From Octopus sinensis (lineage: Eukaryota), in the NCBI RefSeq assembly GCF_006345805.1, contig NC_042997.1, forward strand, positions 121,644,001 through 121,708,000: a stretch of 64,000 nt of DNA, written 5' to 3'. The notes under the pieces were generated by a model. That model did no database searches. It was not told the DNA's origin and was given only the letters and a program-made list of their open reading frames with translations. Within the stretch, counting starts at the first letter, position 1. The number at the start of each line of letters is the position of its first letter. The position numbers and the translations under genes were made by a program. This document shows, piece by piece, positions 25,846 through 38,350 of the stretch.

Positions 25846-27953
25846 GCACCTGGACGAAAACAAACTGTTCCCAGAAGAGCAGGAAGGATGCCGCAAAGGC
25901 TCATATGGCTGTAAAGATCAACTAATGATTAATAAATCCGTAACTGAAGACAGCCACAGAAAGAAGAAAGGCCTCAGTATGGCCTGGATTGACTACAAAA
26001 AGGCGTTTGATAGCATCCCCCACACATGGATCCTCGAAACACTAGCCATTAACAAAGTAGCACCAACAATCATAAAATTCATAGAGCACTCTATGAATAA
26101 ATGGCAAACAGTCCTACACCTCCAAACAAAAGAGGGACTCATGAAAACCAAAGACATCCCCATTAGAAGACGAATATTCCAGGGAGATACGCTCTCTCCA
26201 CTCCTTTTCTGCTTGGCACTGTCACCTCTATCTGATATGCTAAATAGAACTGGATGCGGATATAAATGTTACGGCAAAACGATCAGCCACCTTTTATATA
26301 TGGATGACCTAAAACTATACGCTGCAAATGACAAACAGCTGGAAACACTATTAAAGACAGTTCATGGATTTACCAAAGAAATAGATATGAAATTTGGATT
26401 AGAAAAATGCGCCAAAGTAACCCTGAAAAGAGGAAAACTAGTTAAGAGTAACAACATCACACTAAATAAAACCAATGAAATAAAAGAATTAGACCAAAGC
26501 CAAACTTACAAATACTTAGGAATCCATGAACTAGATAAGACACAACACACACAAATGAAAGAGAAAATAAAAAAAGAATATTATAGACGAGTTAGATCAA
26601 TACTAAAAACAGAGCTGAATGCTAAAAACAAGATAATAGGTATCAATACTTTAGCTGTCTCAGTTATAAGTTACAGTTACAATATCCTTAACTGGACACG
26701 AAAAGAACTGTCCAAAATAGATAGGAAAACAAGAAAAATACTAACAGGATCTAGGATGCATCACCCAAAATCTGACATAGAAAGACTATATATACAGCGT
26801 ATAGAAGGTGGTAGAGGCCTTATACAGCTGGAAAACTACTATAAAATAACCACCATAGGACTGCAAAAATACCTACTTCAGAAGGAAGGAAAACTGATCC
26901 AGATAGCAGCAAAACACGAGCAAAACAAAAAACTGTTCTCAGTATTTAAGGAAGCTGACAAATACAAACAAGAAATAATACCACCTAATAAACACAAAGA
27001 AGAAGAAGAAGATGATGAAGAAACAACAAAAGCTATAAAACAAATGAAATCCAAACTAAAAATAGAACAGCAACGAGCCATGATAAAACGATGGCAAGAA
27101 AAGCCCCTTCATGGTAAATACTTGACTAAACTAAACGCAAAAGAAATAGACAAAGAAAAATCCCAGCAATGGTTGAGAAGCTCAGGACTCAAAGCAGAAA
27201 CAGAGGGATTTTTAATTGCAGCACAAGACCAAAGCCTCCCCACCAGAAATTACCAAAAACATGTAATGAAAAGAAATATTACAAGTAACTGCAGAATATG
27301 TGGAGATGGACAAGAAACAATAAATCATATTATCTCTAGCTGCCCAGTCCTGGCTAAGAAGGAATATATTCACAGACATGACAGAGTTGGAACCTACATA
27401 CATTGGAAGCTATGCCAACATTATGGAATAACAACAGAAAAAAGATGGTATAGGCACACACCAGAAAAGGTCACAGAAAACGAGAAAGCAACCGTACTCT
27501 GGGATATGCCGATACACACAGATAGAGAAATTAAGGCCAACAGACCAGATATAGTTGTCAGAGATCATGAAGAAAAAAAATGCTTTCTAATTGATGTATC
27601 AATACCGGCAGATGACAACGTGTCTCTAAAAGAAATGGAGAAACTCTCAAAATACAAAGACCTGGAAATAGAGGTAACTAGAATGTGGAATCTGAAAACA
27701 GAAACAATTCCTATCATAGTAGGTGCATTAGGCATGATAAAAAAATATTCAGACAAATACATAACAAAAACACCAGGACTTACAAACACATATAACATAC
27801 AGAAAATTGCACTACTAGGCACTGCACACATCCTACGCAGAACACTTTCCATACAATAACCATCAGAGCATCACAACAAATCACAACACATACCCAAGGC
27901 ACACAGAGCTGCGCTCGGTAGTGAAGTGAAAGCACGCTATAAAAATAAAACTA

Positions 27954-27957
<4 letters not shown>
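25841..27957 (+). mobile_element. 5'-truncated R4/Dong-like RLE non-LTR retrotransposon (family A)
   Basis: Open frame from 25841 to 27859, 98-bp 3' UTR ending AAAATAAAACTACTGA, then a (TAA)n tail. Confidence 0.95.
25925..27859 (+). CDS. Partial retrotransposon ORF: RT, CCHC-type knuckle and restriction-like endonuclease
   Basis: IDYKKAFDS, FQGDTLSP, YMDD, YKYLG; CRICGDGQETINHIISSC; RHD; RPD..LIDVSIP..EKLSKYKDL. The Met is internal because the true N-terminus is truncated. Confidence 0.93.
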   Translation: MINKSVTEDSHRKKKGLSMAWIDYKKAFDSIPHTWILETLAINKVAPTIIKFIEHSMNKWQTVLHLQTKEGLMKTKDIPIRRRIFQGDTLSPLLFCLALSPLSDMLNRTGCGYKCYGKTISHLLYMDDLKLYAANDKQLETLLKTVHGFTKEIDMKFGLEKCAKVTLKRGKLVKSNNITLNKTNEIKELDQSQTYKYLGIHELDKTQHTQMKEKIKKEYYRRVRSILKTELNAKNKIIGINTLAVSVISYSYNILNWTRKELSKIDRKTRKILTGSRMHHPKSDIERLYIQRIEGGRGLIQLENYYKITTIGLQKYLLQKEGKLIQIAAKHEQNKKLFSVFKEADKYKQEIIPPNKHKEEEEDDEETTKAIKQMKSKLKIEQQRAMIKRWQEKPLHGKYLTKLNAKEIDKEKSQQWLRSSGLKAETEGFLIAAQDQSLPTRNYQKHVMKRNITSNCRICGDGQETINHIISSCPVLAKKEYIHRHDRVGTYIHWKLCQHYGITTEKRWYRHTPEKVTENEKATVLWDMPIHTDREIKANRPDIVVRDHEEKKCFLIDVSIPADDNVSLKEMEKLSKYKDLEIEVTRMWNLKTETIPIIVGALGMIKKYSDKYITKTPGLTNTYNIQKIALLGTAHILRRTLSIQ

Positions 27958-27984
<27 letters not shown>

Positions 27985-28297
27985 CTCAAAATACAAAGAC
28001 CTGGAAATAGAGGTAACTAGAATGTGGAACCTGAAAACAGAAACAATTCCTATCATAGTAGGTGCATTAGGCATGATAAAAAAATATTCAGGCAAATACA
28101 TAACAAAAACACCAGGACTTACAAACACATATAACATACAGAAAATTGCACTACTAGGCACTGCACACATCCTACGCAGAACACTTTCCATACAATAACC
28201 ATCAGAGCATCAGAACAAATCACAGCACATACCCAAGGCACACAGAGCTGGTCTCGGTAGTGAAGTGAAAGCACGCTATAAAAATAAAACTACTGAA
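27985..28297 (+). mobile_element. Family A LINE 3' fragment
   Basis: Near-identical to 27647-27957; flanked by (TAA)n on both sides. Confidence 0.92.
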
Positions 28298-28319
28298 TAA
28301 TAATAATAATAATAATTTT

Positions 28320-28630
28320 TTCTTCTATAGGCACAAAGCTTGAAATTTTGGGGGAAGGAACTTATCGATTATATCATCTCCAATACGTAACTGGTATTCA
28401 TTTTATCGACCTCGAAAATAGCAAAGGTAAAGTCGCCCCCGGTGGCATTTGAACTCAGAACGAGAAAACAGAAGAAATACCGCTAAGCATTTCGCCCAGC
28501 GTGCTAGCGATTCTGCTGGCTGAATGCCTTAGAAATGATAATAATCGTTTGTATTATAGGCACAAGGCTTGGAATTTTGTCGAGGGAGATAGTCAATAAC
28601 ATCACCCTCCCCTGGTGTTCAACTGGTACC
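28320..28630 (-). mobile_element. Family B SINE plus a second B 3' fragment
   Basis: Match to family B consensus. Confidence 0.7.
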
Positions 28631-28639
28631 TGAATGTCT

Positions 28640-29570
28640 GAGGGTTGCACAGAGAGTTGAAGAAGTGGCGACTTGACCAAAGTACTAAGATTATATATTG
28701 GATTCTTGGCCAGAATTGAAGGTATGAGCTTCGGAAGACGTGGTGTTAACAACAACCTGAGTGAATACGCGAATCAACAAGATGTCGAATCTTTTTTTTC
28801 CGTATAAACAGATAACGCTTAAATCACAACAGACCTGATAAAATTCATCAGTCGTATCTTCTTTCTGACCCATCACATCCATTGAACACATGAATAGAAA
28901 AGAAAGAAGTAGAAAAATTGGCAAATTATAACGAATTGAAATTGATGCGGAAAATGAGGAAAATAAGTATCATACCAGTAATTCCAGGACCATAAGGAGC
29001 AGCAGAGAACAACATTGTAAAATGGATCGAGAAGATGAAAATAGATAATGAAATAGAACTATTGTAAAGACTTTGTATATTGGGAAGAGGAAAATGGCAG
29101 AAATTCAAAAGATATTGCTCATGGGAACTGCTCATATCCTACGCAAAATACTTTCTATATAATCTCAAGGTTTAAAACAAACATAATTTTCTTATGGTTT
29201 CTTAAACATTCTCTAGAACAGCACTATGTACAAAACTAAATATATGGCACCCTAGGCATAACACCAATATGAACTTCCAACTTGTTGTGTCTTGAGGTAT
29301 CTGGGTGAGACTTGGAGCCAACTTGTACAAATGTAGAGCAAAAGTCAAACATAAAGTAATAATAATAAAATCTTGAGAAGCATATAAAACAAATAGGGAC
29401 TGCAATAAAGGTGGAGAACTTGCAGAAAGCAGTACTGCTTGGAACTGCTTGAATACTCCGAATGATGCTCGAAAAATAAGGGGGTGTTACCTTAGTTCAC
29501 TTGTAGAGAACAGCTGACACCGTAGTACATCTCCAGCGTTAGAATCTGTGCAAAGACAATGATGATGATG
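28640..29570 (+). mobile_element. Three diverged R4-like 3' ends in tandem (about 28640-29085, 29090-29368, 29369-29570)
   Basis: NHNRPD..KKEVEKLANYNEL..LCILG; EIQKILLMGTAHILRKILSI-stop with UTR and (TAA)n; NLQKAVLLGTA.ILRMMLEK-stop with a different UTR and (TGA)n. Confidence 0.8.
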
Positions 29571-29573
29571 AGA

Positions 29574-29959
29574 GAAGAAAAAAAAATGCTTTCTAATTGA
29601 TGTATCAATACCGGCAGATGACAACGTGTCTCTAAAAGAAATGGAGAAACTTTCAAAATACAAAGACCTGGAAATAGAGGTAACCAGAATGTGGAATCTA
29701 AAAACAGAAACAATTCCTATCATAGTAGGTGCATTAGGCATGATAAAAAAATATTCAGACAAATACATAACAAAAACACCAGGACTTACAAACACATATA
29801 ACATACAGAAAATTGCACTACTAGGCACTGCACACATCCTACGCAGAACACTTTCCATACAATAACCACCAGAGCATCACAACAAATCACAGCACATACC
29901 TAAGGCACACAGAGCTGCGCTCGGTAGTGAAGTGAAAGCACGCTATAAAAATAAAACTA

Positions 29960-29963
<4 letters not shown>
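29574..29963 (+). mobile_element. Family A LINE 3' fragment (RLE C-terminus and UTR)
   Basis: Near-identical to the 3' end of 25841-27957, followed by about 18 TAA units. Confidence 0.92.
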
Positions 29964-30020
<57 letters not shown>

Positions 30021-30379
30021 CTTCTGCTGACGATGATGATGATGACGACAACGTCGACACGACGACGATGGTGGTGATGGTGGTGGTGGTGGTAGTGGTG
30101 GTGGAGGTGCTGGTGCTGGTCTTAAAGATAATGATGAAGATTAAGATTAACTGTAGCATTAGGCATAATACAATCATCAATAAAACTATGAAATCCATAT
30201 AAAGCGTTGGAGCTTCACACACAAACCACATTGAATGCATGACCCATTTCAATCGCGCATCACGCAATATTGCGCATAATTCATGCGAAATATGCTCTTT
30301 GCATACACTATACCATACTCTCTATAATAAATCACAACCCAATAAAATAGCACAATGCATAATCTACATTATTGGTCTC

Positions 30380-30510
30380 CGTGTAAGTATGTGGTTTAGT
30401 GGTTAGGGTATTCGACTAAAAGTTCATAAGGTCGTGAGTTCAATTCTCGAGAGTGCGTTGTATACCTGAGTTAGACACTTTATTTCACGTTGCTCAAGTC
30501 CATTAAGCTG
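30380..30510 (+). mobile_element. Family C SINE head, degenerate
   Basis: GTGGTTTAGTGGTTAG...GAGTTCAATTC and GACACTTTATTTCACGTTGCTC. Confidence 0.65.
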
Positions 30511-30659
30511 GCGGCGAAAATGCCGCGCTCGTCTTTCAGAAGACACTTGCAACAGAGGGAACGCCTAAACAGTAGAAGACGTCTTTTCCATTGGAAGCGG
30601 AACAGTAAATGCTCCAGTTTGGTCAAATGTTAACAAGAGAAAGGCTCAACGGTGAGACG

Positions 30660-31129
30660 ATAATTAATTATGGAGTAAGTGACCTTTCAGGGATAATTTC
30701 TCTCAGCCCATTTCTAAGTGTTACTGGCGTCTCCGCTTGTAACCACGTCTCCGTTCTTTTCTGCCAGGAGATCCGACTCAGACTAGACCAGACCAGACGT
30801 CGAGCTATTTCATTGGGCCGTTTGTCCATCAATCTGCTATACTGTGTAGGCTTTCTTATTCATGTGCTGAGCTGTAGGCATACCGACATCTTCGGATTTA
30901 TCTTTGTTCCTGCCACTGCCTCGTATTCTTTTAGAATGGTATTGACTGCCTGAACTTTCGTGGTGCCTGATTTCATTACTGTATGGTCATTCTCAGGTGG
31001 CAACACAGTTCTCCCGCATCCCGGTTCAAAAGGGATATCCTTCAAGAGTTCTAGCTTTTGCAGCAATGAATCGAAAGCCAGAACGTATAAGGGAGATGAG
31101 AGGGCAAAACCCCGACAGATCGAGTGCAT
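30660..31129 (-). pseudogene. L1/Tx1-like reverse transcriptase fragment
   Basis: LSSPLYVLAFDSLLQKL..ENDHTV..YEAVAGTKINPKMSV, then GPMK.LDVW and (frameshifted) ERKLSLKG. Confidence 0.75.
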
Positions 31130-31619
31130 GGTATGAAACAGCTTTTAGAAGTTGCCATTTACTTTGACTATAAAACCCGCCGAAGTCAGTTTTACTCTTC
31201 GTCATTTTGGAGTTGATGGAATAAATTGTAATTTAAGCATTAGACTGATGCAATCGGTCAACCTTTTAGAATGGAATTGACTGCTTGAGTTTCCATGGTG
31301 TCAGACTCCATTACGGTGATGCCATCCACATATGCCGAAACAATTTTCTTGCATCCCAGTTCAAAATTGCCATTCTTGAACTTAGATTTGCTTCTATTTC
31401 AATGAAGTTGTAGAATTGCTAGATTGTGGAAACGATACCTGGCGGCACTAAACCATTCTATCCAGCTCAACTTTACCCTGTAAATTTTGCCTTCAGAATT
31501 TGCCCTCCTTTGGGGGTGATAAAATCTTAAACAAAAGCATGGATAGAGTGTATCGACTGATTACCTTCCCTCAATATTGTTGGTCATGTGTCTATCATCA
31601 TCATCATTATCATCATCAT

Positions 31620-32160
31620 TGAGTGAGAGAGCAGCGCATGCCACCAAAGTGACAATGGGGTACAAATATACGAAGCCCAATATATCCATCATGGCTACCC
31701 GTCTGATAAGTGTACACCAGGCACATGCATTAAAAAGATATAAGCAGAACATATTGGCCTTGTATCAAGATAAACAGCGCATGATCTTGAAGGTGAGGCT
31801 CAGTTAGAATTTTCTTCAGGTCGAGTAGCCCTTCCCGCTCAAAAAGTCCCTGCATAAGGTTTGTTTAAAGCTATTAAACGAAACACCCATGTTTGCAAGG
31901 GTGAATTATTCAAACTCCAAAGAATTCTACTCAGCATATGGCTATGATGTGCCCCACACACTGCTTTTGCTCGTTATCAGAGATGCATATATCATCAGCC
32001 ACTAAGCGACATGCTCGACTGTGTAAGGTCAAGCAGTTGATAAGCAAATCTGTGTTATCGATCAGAATATTTGCTGTAGCCCATCTTTTATACCGAAACA
32101 AATCCTATACAGGATAACACTTTCAATCCGTTAAGATCAAAAGGCATTAGAGCTAGTGCA
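31620..32160 (-). mobile_element. Unclassified non-coding element ending in an (ATG)n tail
   Basis: Bounded by triplet repeats; single copy here, so repeat status is not shown by this window. Confidence 0.3.
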
Positions 32161-32202
32161 TTTTACTCCATCAGAGTAATCATCATCATTATCATCATCA
32201 TC

Positions 32203-32255
<53 letters not shown>

Positions 32256-32479
32256 CCGTTGAGTTTCATTATAATTATAAAACAGTAATGAAAATCTCTT
32301 AGTTGAAACTCTTAACGTCAAGGCGTGTAGCTGCAGCTGAAAATCAATTGTTCTACATCCAACAATTCCACATAGAGAATTGTTTTAAATGATATAAAAA
32401 TCTACTATTGTCCAGTATACAGAAAATTTGATTAAGTAAATTGATCATGTATTGAAAGGATTCCAAACAATCGATCTAC

Positions 32480-32539
32480 CTGCCATATACAGAAACCACA
32501 GCTTTATATCAATAAGTGAGAGATGAATGCTGAATTCAT
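32480..32539 (-). CDS. Candidate 60-nt exon (phase 1-1), xEFSIHLSLIDIKLWFLYMAx
   Basis: ctgaactcgtctttcag acceptor, CAG|GTAGAT donor. Confidence 0.2.
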
Positions 32540-33984
32540 CTGAAAGACGAGTTCAGCCATTCACGTACTGTCAACGCCACAGCATTGTGTTCTTTACAAT
32601 GATATTAAATCCTCAAAGGTTGAGCTCTCATAGCATTAAATAGATACTGCAAACTGGTGTAATTCTCTTCTGTATGCATGAGAAGGAAGTAAAAACGATA
32701 TTATTAACCTGTTTTGGCTCCGTTGAAAATATCCTTTAAACTAGAAAATGCAACAGGAAATCACAGAATAATACAGTTCTCCTTTGAAACTTTACATAAT
32801 GGAAGGCTATTTGCTAATGTTTAAACTACCTAAAGGGTTTGCAAACTAAAATCACGACGACGTTAAGAGTAAAAACTTCGCCAATTTCTAATACAACTAT
32901 TCTGCTGGCAACAATGGAACTATGTTCGTGTTGAGCCATTCCTACTGGGAAAGAAATATTGATTGATTTATTGCAATGTGACTTTTATTTCTAGTTCGTA
33001 TCACATTTAGTGCCAGAGGTCTTCCAGTAATTGAAATCTTGTCTTATCTTGACTAATCACCAATTGAAAATTGTTTATTAACACTTGCAGCTAAATTCAC
33101 ATAGGTAGGCCAAAGGCCACAACCAATTTTCACGTGATTTCATTAGAAATATAGGAAAAAGAAGCATCTTCATATAACACAAATATACAGATTTCCAGAT
33201 ACATTTATCCGTAATGTATGTATGTATGTATGTATGTATGTCTATGTATGTCCGTATAAGCGTGTCTGAATGTATCTATATGTGTGTGTGAGCGTGCATG
33301 TGTGTATATTTCGGTTGAAATTATAAGCCTATTAGGTTCATACCTCGTTCTTCAGGGTAAAGAGAGTAAGGACATTATTAGAATCTGTTTGTTACAAAGC
33401 GTCCTTTAGTTAATGGATTTCATTATATTCTGTATAACTGTGACACCTGCTCTCAAATTTTGTTTTTACTCTAATTTTTAGCGTTATTTATCATGCTTTT
33501 TTTCTTTACATTTTAGATTTTATTTAAAATCTTAATAATAATAATGATGATGATGATGATGATGATGCTGATGATGCTGATGATGATGATAAAATTAATA
33601 TTTAATTGTAATTCAATAATTTTTTTTTCAGCTGTTTGATTTTACTTCGAAATTTCTACTCACTCAATAACTCGATTTCATTCATCAATAGAAAATACTC
33701 GAACAATTACTAGCCAATTAAGAGATTTCTACGAGTTCGTTTGGTCTGCTGAAAATGTCAACGAATATCCATCCAATCACACCTTGTGAGATAACGCTGT
33801 ACAAAAGATGAGATGGTTATATGTTTATTCTTTTTGTGCTCGCTTGCTGCGCTCATTTAGGCGATATTTTCATCCCCTTTCCCAGACAGTGTGTATTTGC
33901 TCTGTGGGTGAGAGTATCTTTGTCTTTGTGAAATTCGCTTTTAATGTTTGTTCTTGGGTGGCTATTATTACTACTGGTGAGATG

Positions 33985-34170
33985 ACAGGACTGATAGAGC
34001 GCCGGACAAAACGCTTCGCAGCATTTCTTCTAGTAGGTTCTGAGTTTAAATCGCCGAGGTCAACGTTGCTTTTATTCTTTTGGGGGTTGATAAAGTAAGT
34101 ACCATTTGAATACTAGGGTGGATATAATCAACTTACTCCCTCCCATACACTTACTGATCTCGTGTTAGAT
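33985..34170 (+). mobile_element. Family B SINE, degenerate
   Basis: TTCTGAGTTTAAATCGCCGAGGTC..GGGGTTGATAAAGTAAGTACC. Confidence 0.6.
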
Positions 34171-35401
34171 GCTTACTAGTTTTTGATTTCTTCGTAAAAA
34201 ACACTCATTAAACATTAGTCCATTGTCGAGTGAATTACATTGGAAGCCATGTATGATCGCTTGATGTAGTAGAAATAACACAAAAAACCAACATCGAAAT
34301 TATATCCTACCACCTTTAGACCAAAGAACATGTATGTATGTTGTAGATCTGGATTCTTGACTCAAAGTATGCTAAAAGAAACTATACTTCACATAAAGAA
34401 ACGGCGTTGACTTGGGCGAAACGCTTTAATGTATGGATCAGCCCAATCCTTCAATTTTTAAATTTTATAGAGGATTTTTTTCTTTTAATGCATTTCGAGT
34501 TCATACGTATTCACGTTTCTTTGATTCAGTTCCCTTCATTAATCTTTATATTTGGACTTTATCAACGAAGACCTTGATCTTCACAATTTTTTTCACATAA
34601 CACACTACACGACAAATATTAAGCTGTTTGTATATCATTACAATAAACACGAGGAATGAATTTTGCTTATCTTTACTACTAGTTAAAATTGTTTCGCTAG
34701 TACTTCGTTTGTACATAAATGATTTCATGTGAAAAGTTACACTTTATCAGATGTGTATTAGAAGGTGCGCTTTTATATTGTGCACCATTTTACAGTCAAG
34801 CGTTGTACTTTGTTACATAACGAGGAAATAATAAGTAATAAGGAAGAATAAAAATGGCGAGATAACGGACAAAACCATTTAAACCCGGTCTTTCATTTTT
34901 CTGCATGAAACATTGAATAGTTGTATTATCCTTCCTCGGTCTGATTCCACGACTCTTTTCCCAGCTAACTGCATTCTGGATCGCATATCTATCACTTTCA
35001 TTAAACCGAACTTTCTCCTTTTAATTAGACATTTTTTGAAGTTTGTCCTTACTCTTGTATGTAAAAATGTTTCCCGCGTATAATTTCATCATCATCATTG
35101 CTCTCTTGTGCTTTATATATACATATGTTAATGAAGATAAGTCCATTACCTCACAGTTAGTCGATCCGAATAGAAGAATTTATCACAAGTAACCAGTATT
35201 ACTAGTTAAAAGCACTTTTCGACTGTTATTCGACATCCAATTAATTTTTTGTGTCATATCATTTTCCGATGTGCTTATACCAATACTTTTGGTGTTATAT
35301 ACATGGTTACTTGCAGAAATTTTAATTTAAACATACACACACACACATACGCACGCACACACTCACACACATATATATATATATGCCTGTGTTTATATAT
35401 A

Positions 35402-35476
<75 letters not shown>

Positions 35477-35599
35477 TATACCTTGTAGTAGGTATGTATC
35501 TAAATTTTGTACGACTATTACTCTATCTTTTATTCCTCCACTCATATTTCTTCCTTTTTCTCGGCCCTCTCTCTCACATTTTTTGGACCTCTGTTTCTT

Positions 35600-36200
35600 G
35601 AAATCCCACTATTTCCCACTCGTTTATATCCCCTGTACTTTTCTCTTTGTCTCTGATGTTTTTCTAATCCTTCAATCCCGCTGTCACCTACTCACCTCTC
35701 CTCCTTCCACGTTCACCAGCGTCCGGCCAGCCATGATCTTTCTTTTTTGTCCTGACTGCCGACCGCCAACATCTCTTATCTCCATTTCCTTTGTTCCTGC
35801 CTTTAAGGCTTTCACTTCATACACGCCAGCTCAATTCGATTCGTTCTTAATCGAAAGACGCTTGTTGTTATTTCTTGTTTTTATTCGTCATTGTGTACCA
35901 TGTTCTCCGTTTTTTTTGTTTGTTTTTTGTCTTTGTTGCCGTACATATTCGCTAGCTTTCTTACAAAGCATTCTTACAAATGCTCTTAGCTTAGATTTTG
36001 GGTGGGGGCAGCCAGATTGAAACATCTAAGGTGTAACTGCCCGAAATGGTCATGAATCCTGGGACTTGACTGAGGAAATAAAGCCAAGAATGACCCGTCT
36101 TTTATTGCCAGTCCTTCTAATTGTTAGTTATCTTGTCCGCCTTTGTATCGTGTATCTGTCGGAACGTTTAATGCCCTGTATTGCGATTTTGTTCCATTTT
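35600..36200 (+). mobile_element. Second copy of the unclassified repeat at 1170-1700
   Basis: Reverse-complement similarity to 1170-1700. Confidence 0.5.
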
Positions 36201-36284
36201 TACATTTATATACGTATGTATATATATATATACATATACATACATATATATACATATACATACAAACATATATATATATATATA

Positions 36285-36650
36285 TGCCCCAGGTCTGGCT
36301 GTGTGGTAAGAAGCTTACTTCTCAACCACATGGTCCTGGGTTCAGTCTCGCTGCGTGGAAACTTGAGCAAGTATTTTTTACTATAGCCTCAAGCCGACCA
36401 AAGCCTTGTGAGTAGATTTGGCAGACGGAAACTGAAAGAAGCCCGACATATACACACACACATAAATATATATATATATATATATTAGTGTGTATGTATC
36501 TGTATGCATGTATCTGTGTATCTCTATTTGTCCTGCCCACACATCACTTGATAACCGATGTTGGTGTGTTTACGGCCACATAACTTAGCTGTTTGGCTAA
36601 AGGCGGTGCTCCAGAATGGCCACAGCCGAAGTTTGAAACAAAAGAATAAC
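36285..36650 (+). mobile_element. Family A SINE
   Basis: Head, CORE-like region, microsatellite and an internally deleted 3' half. Confidence 0.8.
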
Positions 36651-36714
36651 AGAATATATATATATATACATAGTAGCATATGTTACGACTACTACTTCTG
36701 CTACTAATCCTTTC

Positions 36715-36920
36715 TACGAAAGACACAGGGTTTGAAATTTTTGGGTACGGAACTTACCGATGACATCGACCGTAATATTTCATTGGTATTAATTTGTCCA
36801 CCCCTGAAAGAGAAAAAGAGAAAAGTCAACATCTGTGGAATTTGAACTCAGAACATAGTGACGGGCGAATTCGGTTAATCATTACGTCCAGCGTGCTGCC
36901 GATTCTGTCCGCTCACCGCC
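36715..36920 (-). mobile_element. Family B SINE, degenerate
   Basis: GGAATTTGAACTCAGAAC B-box on the minus strand. Confidence 0.65.
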
Positions 36921-36929
36921 TTAATAATA

Positions 36930-37011
<82 letters not shown>

Positions 37012-37048
37012 TAATAATAATAAAAATATAATAATAATAATAATAATA

Positions 37049-37168
37049 ATCTGCAATAGAGTGGATGAAACCATTGTCCATATCACAAGCGAATGTGCTA
37101 GACTTATCCAAAACCACTACAAGTTGTTGCGACACGATCTGGTAGCGAACGTACTACATTGGAAGCTG
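37049..37168 (+). mobile_element. R4/Dong-like fragment (knuckle/RHD region) directly after a (TGA)n(TAA)n array
   Basis: ICNRVDETIVHITSECARLIQNHYKLLRHDLVANVLHWKL aligns with ETINHIISSC..RHDRVGTYIHWKL of the 644-aa ORF. Confidence 0.8.
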
Positions 37169-37169
37169 T

Positions 37170-37790
37170 ACGCCTTTACGTTTTGAGCTGAAATTCCGCC
37201 GAGGCCAACTGTACTTCCCATCTTTTCAGAGTCGATAAAATAAGTACCAGTTGATCACAGGGCTCGATGTAATGGAGTTGCTCTCCCCCTCGAAATTGCT
37301 GGCCTTGTGCCAAAATCTGAAGCCATTATTAAAACGGTGAGCTGGAAGAAATAAGTAGCAGTTGAAAACTGAAAACTGGATTCAATGTAATTGACTAACC
37401 CCTCCCCCACATTTCAGGTCCTGTGCTTTTAGTTGTAAGGATTATTATGGCGGTGGGTTCGAAGTGTCGTTAGCACACCAGACAAATTGACTTAACCTGC
37501 ATTTCGTCTGTCTTTACATTCTGAGTTCATATTCTGCCGATGTTGACTTTGCCTTTCATTCTCTCAGGTTCAATAAAATATTCACCAGTCAAGCTCCGAG
37601 GTCAATGTAATCGGTTATCATGCTTTCCAAATCTTGCTGTACTTGTGCTGAAATTTGAAACCGATAATTATTATTTCTAATATAGGCGCAGGACTCGATA
37701 TGATGGAAGAGTCGATTGTATCGACTCTAGTATTTAAGTAATAATTTTTATCGAACCCAGGAGTACATAAGGCAGTGGAAAGAGATAAAG
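37170..37790. mobile_element. Cluster of degenerate family B SINEs in both orientations
   Basis: Three to four partial matches to family B. Confidence 0.6.
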
Positions 37791-38350
37791 AAAATATACT
37801 CATTTCTTTATTGCCCGCAAGGAACTAAACATAGAAGGACAAACAAGAACAGTATTTCTTTATTTGGCACCACGGCCACAATACAGAGGACAGACACAAC
37901 ACCACAATGGGGACGTAAAACATAAAACGAATGAGAATGAAATGTTATATGAAAATGAAATGGTTGCATGGACCTCATTCTCATGCAGTACCATTTGAAT
38001 GTTTATACACACTATTTACAATCCTTCTATTTTTCTATTGTTTTTTCTTAATAATCTTTTTTCCCTTTGAAACACATTTACTTTTTCCTTTTTTTCTTTT
38101 TCTTTCAACAAAACAATTTTACTCTCTGTTTTCATATAAGGCTCCACATCTCTGAGTTCAACTACTGGTGGCAGTTCATCGAACTACACCAACACTCCGG
38201 GCAGGTCAATCTTTTTTCCGCATATGTTTACTAGTCTATTGTATGTGTCTTTGTCAACCACAATGGCCTTTATATTTTCAGAATGTATATCCGTGGATAA
38301 TTTCACTCTTATGACATGCTTAAATTTTACAATTTTTCTTTCCACCTCTG

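Noticed and set aside
25680-25925. Poly-Met/Ile ORF whose stop overlaps the LINE ATG (TAATG), resembling translational coupling
   Set aside because: The ORF is the TGA/TAA microsatellite in another frame, and the ATG is an internal Met of a truncated LINE
33310-33365. CUGAAGA..GAAA on the minus strand, and a possible 6-nt microexon at the same place
   Set aside because: No closing stem II or stem I; the microexon cannot be supported without reads
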